Assembly (NCBI GenBank): GCA_002269645.1
Contig: NIVC01003543.1
Location: 28,079-92,078 of the forward strand
Direction of reading: 5' to 3'
DNA: 64,000 bases
Source of the DNA: Macrostomum lignano
Lineage: Eukaryota
Shown here one piece after another: positions 25,601 to 34,866 of this stretch; within the stretch, counting starts at the first letter, position 1; each line of letters begins with the position of its first letter. The translations under genes were made by a program, and so were the position numbers. The notes below the pieces were generated by a model. The model saw only the letters and a list, made by a program, of their open reading frames with translations, made no database searches and was not told the DNA's origin.

Positions 25601-26672
25601 TAAAGTTTGACATGGTGGCTTTTTTATGTTTGACATGGTAGCTCTTTAATGTTCGACATGGTGGCTCTTTTAAGTATGACAAAGTGGCTCTTTAATTTTT
25701 GACATGGTGGCTCTTTAATGTTTGACATGGTGGCTCTTTAATGTTCGACATGTCGGTTCTTTTACGTTTGACATGGTGGCTCTTTAATGTTCGACATGGT
25801 GGTTCTTTTACGTTTGACATGGTGGCTCTTTAATGTTCGACATGTCGGTTCTTTTACGTTTGACATGGTGGCTCTTTTATGTTTGACATGGTAGGTCTTT
25901 TATATTCGACATGGTGGCTCTTTAATGTTTGACATGGAGTCACGTATATATGTTTTACATGGAGTCACAAATATGTTTGACATGGTGGCTTTTTAATGCT
26001 TGACATGGTGGCTCGTTTATGTTTGGCATGGTGGCTCTTTAATGTTCGACATAGTGCCACTGATATGTTTGACATTGTGCTTCTTTTATGTTTAGAAGTT
26101 TCATGTTTTCAAGGTGTTTTAATAAAAAAACTATTTTGCACTACTAAGATTCGAACCCAGGTCGCTACATTAGCATTCCAGTCTGTTCGCATCTGGGCTA
26201 TCTCTTTTCAATTGGAGTACATCAATTGTGGCCCTTATAATTCAATTCTTACAGCAAGTCAATTAGAGTAAAAAGTTATGACATAATCAATTTCTCAGTC
26301 AGCCAGTATCAGTTTCAATTCAAGTTAGCAATATTGGTTACGCAATTTAAATCAAGTCGTGTGTGCATTTCTTCGGCACTGTTTTCTACTTGTTGTGATG
26401 CAATCTTTATCAGAATTGAAATTCAGTCAGTCAGGTTTTTTTCTAGCATTCTTACAATGCATTTCAAGTCGAAAATTTTGCTTGACCTTTGCAAAAAAGC
26501 ATGTTTTTCGAATATTTAATCCCTTTAACATTGAGCAATTTCTTAGCCAAGATGCATGTACCGTCCCAGGAAAATTTCTGATCGAATGGTGCAAGTTTGA
26601 AGAAAATCGGTTGAGCCAATTTTTCTAAAATCTATCGCATACCCACAGACAACTCATTTTTAGTATATAGGA
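22663..26672 (-). mobile_element. Non-autonomous Helitron, unit 5 (family A)
   Basis: 5' TCCTATATACT preceded by host A; 3' hairpin + GATTGCTAG. Confidence 0.88.
23040..26090. repeat. 23-bp minisatellite, Helitron unit 5
   Basis: Same monomer; ~1,289-bp internal duplication (rare variant CTTTACTGTCTGCAATGATG at 23221 and 24510). Confidence 0.95.
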
Positions 26673-27422
26673 TATAGGCCTGGCATTACTTGGCATTTAC
26701 TTGGCAAATGCCATAGGCCTAGGCTTGGCCAAGTAACTGATTACTTGGCATTACCTGGAATTTACTTAGCATTAGTTGGCATTTACTTGGCATTACTTGG
26801 CATTAGTTGGCATTAGTTGGCATTAGTTGGCAGACACTTGGCATTAGTTGGCATTAGTTGGCATTAGTTGGCACTTACTTGGCATTACTTGGCAGACACT
26901 TGGCATTAGTTGGCACTTACTTGGCATTAGTTGGCATTAGTTGGCATTAGTTGGCATTTACTTGGCATTAGTTGGCATTAGTTGGCATTTACTTGGCATT
27001 AGTTGGCATTTACTTGGCATTAGTTGGCATTCGTTGGCAGACACTTGGCATTAGTTGGCAATTACTTGGCATTAGTTGGCATTAGTTGGCATTAGTTGGC
27101 ATTTACTTGGCATTAGTTGGCATTTACTTGGCATTAGTTGGCATTTACTTGGCATTAGTTGGCATTAGTTGGCATTAGTTGGCATTTACTTGGCATTAGT
27201 TGGCATTAGTTGGCATTAGTTGGCAGACACTTGGCATTAGTTGGCATTAGTTGGCATTAGTTGGCACTTACTTGGCATTAGTTGGCATTAGTTGGCATTT
27301 ACTTGGCATTTACTTGGCATTAGTTGGCATTAGTTGGCATTTACTTGGCATTTACTTGGCATTAGTTGGCATTTACTTGGCATTTACTTGGCATTTGTTG
27401 GCACTTTGTTGGCATTACTTGG
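26673..27422 (+). repeat. Left TIR, inner part, with 10/11-bp tandem array (TTGGCATTAG / TTGGCATTTAC)
   Basis: TATAGGCCTGGCATTACTTGGC... resumes the TIR where the Helitron array interrupted it; it is the inverse of 34867-35775. Confidence 0.92.
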
Positions 27423-27599
27423 TATCAGATGGTATACACTAGTTTTCAGTTTGCATTGGGTTGGTTCAAAAATGTAAAGTGTAGTAACTATAGGACAAGC
27501 ACAAATAGTATGTCTGTAGTACTATTGTCTCTGATCCTAGTCTTTCTGAGTGTCTTTCAATTTAGATGCTAATGTTAGACTTCTAAAATCCCATAAAAA

Positions 27600-28529
27600 T
27601 TGCAGCTGAACCTCCTACAGACTACACCTACTGTGGACTTACCGCAGCCTGGTCCGCCACTGCCATGTCCTGATGGTTCTGTAATTGTGGTGTTTGCACT
27701 CCCACAAGATCTACCGTTGCGCAGTATATGCCAAAGGCTTTGTGTTTGTACTCGTGGAATGACTGCGTCTTGTGTTCACATTTACCGTCAGCATGGCTAC
27801 AAGCGGTGTGGTAAAGACCGAGTGTCTGTTATTACTTCCATTGAGGAGCCTAAAGTGGCTGTATTTCTACATGGCGTATATGGTGGAGCAATCCATGGCG
27901 AGCACCACCAAAATGGTAAAGAGTGGCTTCGTCGTCTTTCTACACCGTCTCAGACAGTAAATTTACCTCACCAACCTTGCCTTGCTCGTCCGTGCACATC
28001 ACCACACATGCGACGTGTACTTCAACGTTCGCTCACCCAGTTGGCGCTCCGTGGGAATGACCGCGTTCTTCGTATGCTTCATTCTGTGGTTGATCTCTGC
28101 TCAGCTATTCCGTTACAGAACAATGAGCCCAATCATAGCCGTTATAACGAAGAGTTAGTCAATAACCTTGAAGTAAACATCGGCGATCAGGAGCTGGGCG
28201 GCGACGAGCAGGAGCTGGGCGGAGACGAGCAAGAGCTGGGCGGCGACGAGCAGGAGCTGGGCGGCGACGAGCAGGAGCTGGGCGGCGACGAGCAGGAGCT
28301 GGGCGGAGACGAGCAGGAGCTGGGCGGCGACGAGCAGGAGCTGGGCGGAGACGAGCAGGAGCTGGGCGGCGACGAGCAGGAGCTGGGCGTAGACGAGCAG
28401 GAGCTGGGCGTAGACGAGCAGGAGCTGGGCGGAGACGAGCAAGAGTCGGTTGTCCCGATGCAGCTGCGATCGCGGCAAGTAAAATCTCAGATGGTGCTTC
28501 TTAAACGGCGTGTGGGACGAGCAAGATGA
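27600..28529 (+). CDS. Orphan ORF inside the MULE (309-aa open frame; Cys/His-containing N-half, 13x QELGGDE acidic repeat, basic C-terminal tail); true start uncertain
   Basis: Long open frame with ~190 non-repetitive codons in an element whose flanks are AT-rich; 21-bp repeat at ~28185-28445; no recognisable family. Confidence 0.5.
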   Translation: MQLNLLQTTPTVDLPQPGPPLPCPDGSVIVVFALPQDLPLRSICQRLCVCTRGMTASCVHIYRQHGYKRCGKDRVSVITSIEEPKVAVFLHGVYGGAIHGEHHQNGKEWLRRLSTPSQTVNLPHQPCLARPCTSPHMRRVLQRSLTQLALRGNDRVLRMLHSVVDLCSAIPLQNNEPNHSRYNEELVNNLEVNIGDQELGGDEQELGGDEQELGGDEQELGGDEQELGGDEQELGGDEQELGGDEQELGGDEQELGGDEQELGVDEQELGVDEQELGGDEQESVVPMQLRSRQVKSQMVLLKRRVGRAR

Positions 28530-30562
28530 TCTATTTAAAATTTCCATACGGATTCACTTGATCTGTGAAACCCGCACTAGCCGTACTAGAAACAATATGC
28601 ATTGTGGACACAAATGTTTAAGAAACAGTTATCTCATAGACTTTTATAGTGGTTTACGGAAGCAATATCAATATAAGTGAAAGGAACTTATTTCTAAGAC
28701 ACTAAACTAGGATACAAGATGCGATCCATGTCTTCTGTTTGTTTTTCTGATAGAAACGAGACCCAGCAAGCTGTTAGTAGAAATCCATTTGTTAGGTCAA
28801 TACGTATACGTTAGCCACATTTGGAAGAGTAAGTTTTAAAGTGTAATTCTCTCGGGGTGCTCTGCACGCATCCCGACAAAAAATTTCTGGACATAATCAG
28901 CGTACTTTTGGTAATCCATTTTGCGTCTGTAATTTTGTAATTTCTCCATTCCTTGAAATATATTGTCTTAGCTCCTACGTGTTTCCTTTATATCCATAAG
29001 AACCATCTGATTCTTATCGATTTAGTCGATTTAGAGCAACAATAAATTTCGTAATTGACATTTATCTTAATTGACTTTTGGAACATCTCAACTTTCACTA
29101 AATCACCCAGGATTCGCCCCGTTCTGGTCCGTGATATCGCTAGGTGCTGTGCAAATGGTGCAAAAATACGTAGATAGTGAACTTTTAGGCACAGAAATGC
29201 ACTATACAATGCTTTGAGATTTCTACTTTAGAATATCAACTTTGAGATTCCAAATCTCTAAGCCGAGAAAAAGTTAAAAATAGCTCCAACTTTTTTGCCT
29301 CACTGCCTGGCGTCTCCGGAGTTTCGCTATTCGATTTCTCATGCCAAAATCATTGGGAAAGAGTCATTTTGCAAGTGTGCAATCATTTTGAAAAAAATTC
29401 GACTTTTCAAAATCTCAGGTCAACTTACTAAAGTAATCCATGCACATACCAGCCATTCGAGCTCGAGTACATACTCGTAGAACCGCCCGACACCATCCGG
29501 ACCACGCTACATTTTGATTGGGCATGCAAAATGCGTTCGAAAGACGGCAACGCGGTCGCTCAGAACCTATTAGAAGCGCTTCTAGTGGGCTAAAATAGCA
29601 CATTTATTGGGTCTTATATCGATTTTTTATAAGAAATCTGCATTTAGTCTCAATATCCGACTGCCGGACCGCTAGAATAGCACATCAGCCGCATAGCCGC
29701 ATAGTGTCTGCAAGCTGCCAGCGAATACGGCGACACTTTTCATGAAAAGCGAAGCTGCCCAGTTCCTCTGAAGTGCAACAACCCATGCACGGGTGCTCCT
29801 GGCGTGACGAAATTGGGGGGCTACATAGGAAATACTCTGGGAGGCATTAAAAATGGCTAAAATCCTCTTAAATAGATCTTTTAGATCTCTTAGCTGGATT
29901 AAAAAAAAGAAGTACCGGAATATGTTCTGGACACGAATTTGCATCAACGAACGACGCGATAAATGAGCGAAAACGTGTCAAAATATTCTTTTTTAGAAGC
30001 AAATGTACCATTAAAAAATTTTACGTTATAAAACTGTCCAATAACGATTAGACTTTATTGCATAAAAGCTTTTTATTTTGAAAAGCTAAAAAAAGGCCAC
30101 GGTTGTCAAATGCGCATGTAAATGTTCAAGAAACAGTAAAAAAACTTCAAAATGCACAAGACATTACAATGAGACTTGTGCAAAAGAAGTTTTAAAGAAG
30201 ACACAACAGACAAAACGGAGACTGCGTCTGAAAGCTATTTAAATGTCAAAAAGTAGGTACATTTGTCTCACTGTCGCCCATCGCTCCCCTTACCTCCATC
30301 TCGCCCTTCCTCAAATCCTTGCCTTAATCTGCCTTGTTCTTTCCCACAAACCTCGTGTCACTCATTATTTTTCTCTCAGTACTCAGCTCTATTTCGCCAG
30401 CGCCTTCCGTCGCTCTTTTTCTACTCAAGCAGCCTCTTTCGATGTGAGGTAATTTGGGGAAGAGAACAATTTTTTTAACAAACGCAAGAATTTCGGGTAT
30501 CTTCAGATTAACGGCAGAACATATTTTATCGCTTTGAGTTATAAATCCGAACAGTTATTTTC

Positions 30563-33500
30563 TTAGCAGAGGTCCGGGTGGTTAATATGAAAAAATTCCT
30601 TCACTTCATCAAAAGCCTTTCGAGCGTCCGGACGGAAGCGGATTTCCATAGAGACGAAAAAACCGTGACCGAATCGCGATTCTAGGCAGTACGCTCGCAG
30701 ATGATAAAAAGTTTTGCGCAGCTGTGAGGTTGCTTTCCAGGAAGTTGCGACTCCTGTGGATGCACTCTGGGGGGTCATATGATGTTCCATATGCCCCACT
30801 ACAAACCGATGCTGCAGTAAGGCAGACTTGGTTACAATGGAGCAGCTGCACCCGGGACACACTTGCCCCTGGCATTCAGCCGATGTGAAGGCTACAAAAA
30901 GCGGATGATCATTTTCCCAAGGCCGACACTCTTCTGAATTTGCCATTTCTGACGGAAAAGGCGTTTCCATTGGAGCCTTCCTTGGCGGCCTGCGCAGACG
31001 AGAAGGATTTTTGTTTCCACGTGTGTCACCGACACCTGGCCGAAGGTCAATGTGAGTGGCCGTACCTGCATGAAAAGAAAAAATATCCTAAATAGACTTC
31101 GCGACAGTTTTACGGACATGAGCAAATATTCTTTTATTGTCAGGACACTGCCCATTTAACCAGTTTAACCAATGCTAACCGCTTAAAAATTTTAAGTTGT
31201 CCTTAGTTCCCAAAACTGAAAGGAATAATAATTAAGGTGACACAACTCCCAAAGCCTATAGAATCTGTGCCCAAAGCTGCTAAGGGTATAGACTTGACAA
31301 GACTTTGATTTTTCCATCGACTGTTTCGCCCGGCCACATACAATCTTTACTTTTGCTAATATGGGGCCCATTCAAATGAAACAGGCGTATTAAAGAAAAG
31401 AGTATATTTTTAGAACTTAAACACGTTTGTGTACTACTTATAACTTACTTCGCGATGCCAAAAAATGTTTTAGATGAAGACTCTGTTCGTCAGCAGAGAG
31501 CTGATTCCAGTCTTCGTTAGCAACAAGATGTGAGGTCCATCCTCGCTGCAAATTGTAATCCCCAGAGCCGTGAAGTGCGGATTCCTCAGCAGCAAACTCT
31601 AATTTGATACGCGATTTAAACTCTGACAGTGCGTCTGTGACAAGTCTCTGGTGCTCACGAACACGAAACGCTTTCAAATCGCGATTGAGTCGTTCCTGGC
31701 GTTGTTGCCATGCAGAATTTAGGCCGGCTTCAGAAAGGCGAAATCGGGTGGCTTTCTGCTTTAATGTGTCCGCCTTTTTCTGAAATAACGAAAAGGTAGG
31801 AAGTAATGCAGCGTACACTTTACACACAATGTTAGTTATTATCAACCCAATTCGTCTTGCTTCTGTTACATCTTTTAGTACATCATTAAATTTATTTAAT
31901 ACATCTTTTAAAACTTACTACAGAGTGCTAGGTTCATGAAGAGAATGTTACGAGTAATTGAATTATTCAAATAAGTGTCGATGGAGTCTTCACCTTGATA
32001 TACTGGAACATGACGGCGCCTACTGGGCCCTGCGATGGCCACTCATTCTCAATGTCAGACAGCTTCCTATCGAAATAGTCAGAATCTGGCGACTCTAGAA
32101 GACCCATGGGGCCAAAGACGTCCTGGCGCATTGTCTGTACCGCAGAGATACGCTGTTGGCTCGACGTCTGGCATGAAGCAACACTAGCTTTGCGCAGTTG
32201 TTCGTCAAAATTGAACATCAAATGTTCCTTACCGAGGAAATGATAGTGGTCATGAAAGACAGTACGCAAGGAAAAGTCGATTGCGCGGCACTCATCAGAA
32301 ATGAAAATTGGACCACTTTTTCCAGGACTTTGTCGAATTTCCTCCTTTATACGAGCAAAAAATGTAATAAAGGAACTCGTGTCAGCATTTTTTGAGTGAA
32401 GAAGTCCGGGGCCGCAAACCAAGGGGCAATTTCCTTCGTGATTCGCCAACCTTGGGTTTTGAACGGCAATATACGTGAGGTAGCAGGCTTTCATATACGT
32501 TGTATCAACGTGCAATTACAGGCCTTCTGCAATGGCACACTTCAGCATTTGAATTTGCCGATCAAAAAAAACGATGACAGCATTGTTACCCTCGTGGCAG
32601 ACGCGTGACCTGAGAAAACGAGTTGATTTATCCATGTCACGGACTTCGCGGTGTAACTGCGTCTCAATTTTAAGCCATTCATCATCGACAATGTCTACAT
32701 GCAAACTGCTAGAGTCCTCACTTCTGCGCACTTTTTTTCTTATGTATTTCAATTGGTTTACATTACGTAGACCGTCTACTCCTGATCGAATGCGCTTATT
32801 CTGTACACCAAGTTTAACCAGTCTCGCTGCATTACTAACAGCAGACGAGTCAGCACGAACAAAAGGAACATGCAGGTTTGCGTTTGCGTTGCCATGAGGG
32901 AGATTAGTAATATTACTTGGTGTGACTGTCCATTTGTATTGTACAGTGCACGTGTCGTAAACGATAATTTGTGGAACAACTTGACGAAATAAGCGTACCG
33001 TTTTGCGAAAGCCAGGAGCAGCCCGCTGGCTGTAATACTTTTCCTGCATTTCCAATACGACAGCGTCACTTCCAAGGCTTTTACTGGCCAAGCGAAAACC
33101 GCACTTCGCGTTCCCGTTTAATCGCTTGCCATCTTCCGTGTAGAATCGATTGTGGCCGCCAATCATGGTCCATTGCCACCCATCGTTAGCTACTGCTGAT
33201 GTTTTAACAACGTATACAGCATCCTTCTCTGGCTTAAATGGGGCCTGGGACGAACTGCTTCTAAGAATAGCTTTAAGGCACGAAGAAAAGGACCACGTAA
33301 AGTTATCGTCGTTGTTACTGGCGTCATCTGAACAAAAATTCGCAGGAGCAAAGGAGTGCGGGGAGGATTGCGCATCATTCGATTCCGAGTTGTTCGACTC
33401 CTCAGATTGGTGCTCCTCGCCAGCATCTGATTCAGCGCCTGTAGTAGTGAAGGTAGTATCGACAAAAGTAACGGAATTTTTCGAAACATGGGAGCCAGTC

Positions 33501-34408
33501 TGTTTCTGATCTGCCATGACGTCTTCAAAATCGCCCAACATGGAAGAACCCACAGCTTCATCGGTATCGGCGTCTACGTCAACATTGCAGCGGCGTTTAC
33601 GTCGGCAGGTTGCTGCTTCTCTAGCATAATACATTCTTTTGTTACTGGCTTCGGAATTCTTTAGACACAGAATAAATGGATTTGTTGAGGATATTACCAA
33701 GTCATTTTCGCTGAAACCAGGGTTCGTCACTAAGAGACAGAAGTGGTTCGGGCGCCATGTGGAATCTAATTGTATGTCCGAGTTGCACGTCCACATTATA
33801 GTTAGAATCTCACCTTTTGAACTGCTTCTTGGTTCTACGACACAGTTGAGCATCGAGTGTCCAGGCGCTTCAGTAATAGGATGAACGCTTTGAATTTTTC
33901 TTTGAATAACAGAGGCCAGTGCGTAAAGCTCGATGATTTCAGAATAAGACGAATATTTTGAAATATTTAGTATAACACTTAGCAACGAGACCGATGTCTC
34001 ACAGACATCGTTTTGGGGTGCAGCCAAAATTTTATTTCTAATCTGCAAAAGTACGTCGCGATAGTGCGCTGAGTGGAATCCAATTTCCAGAACCGTTCGT
34101 ACTCGTAGTTCACAGACAACTTCTGGTGTAGAATCGCAACCGATTCCATTACAAATCGCGTGGTATAGACAGTTGCCATCTGCATACGTAACAATGGGCA
34201 GAAACTGTCCTTGTAGCGACGCATTCGCTTCTATAGCTTGAAAAGAAAACCTTTCTACTCCAAAAGTTTGTATCAGTTGTACTACTTCCACTGACTTTTG
34301 AGTAGCATAGTTTTTAGGTCTAGATTTGACCACAAGATCTTCCATATCTAAAACAGCTCGCCGAAAAATGGGAGTGCCTGTAGTCAAACCACACAAGAGC
34401 CTATCCAA
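30563..34408 (-). pseudogene. MULE (Mutator-like) DDE transposase with N-terminal vertnin/OTU-like domain; disrupted
   Basis: OTU-like ADGNCLYHAI...ELYALASVIQRKIQSVHP...PNHF; PHGN-containing N-terminal region; MULE core HVDTTY (D1)...GPGLLHSK...FISDECRAI (D2)...HFLGKEHL; C-terminal CPGC...YHLRAYC. In-frame TAA at 32516-32518 and a further break near 31967. The third catalytic residue was not located. Confidence 0.8.
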
Positions 34409-34866
34409 GCTCTTTCGCCAATTAAAACGGTCTCAATGGCCAGTGCAACCAGAGCAAACAAAACGACCTCGCAAGTCGGTGTCATTCAGTCGAATGACGA
34501 AAATTGCTACTGAGTCACATTGAGTGTGTAATTTACAAAGACAATGGCAGCAACTGACAATAGAGTCAGTTACCTTCAGCTGTACACCGCATGCAGTACA
34601 GTCAACTTGCATTATCTGCTGTTCTGTTTAGAACCCATGAAGACCTGAAAAGCAATAGAGCAATTATGTGAAAGAAAGAACCGAAATAAGGAAAAAAAGT
34701 GAGTGCAAAATACAAAAAAAGAAGCCAGAACCAAAACAGCATTAAAATAAACTATACTGAACTAATCTGGAATAGTTAATAGCAAACTCATATAGAATAG
34801 AAAACTCATATAGAATAGATAAAAATAAATGCTACAGCCAAACACAATCTAAGGTCTGAAACAACC

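Noticed and set aside
5760-26090. CRISPR-like appearance of the 23-bp arrays
   Set aside because: Monomers abut directly with no unique spacers, there are no cas genes, and the context is eukaryotic.
5760-26090. Hundreds of perfect Kozak sequences GCCACCATG on the minus strand of the 23-mer
   Set aside because: One chance match amplified with the monomer; downstream frames are short and repeat-derived.
5470-26672. Autonomous Helitron (RepHel gene)
   Set aside because: No HUH-Y2 or helicase ORF anywhere in the window; mobilisation must have been in trans.
26760-27420. Nuclear factor I binding array (TTGGCA half-sites)
   Set aside because: Only half-sites in direct orientation; no full TTGGC-N5-GCCAA site.
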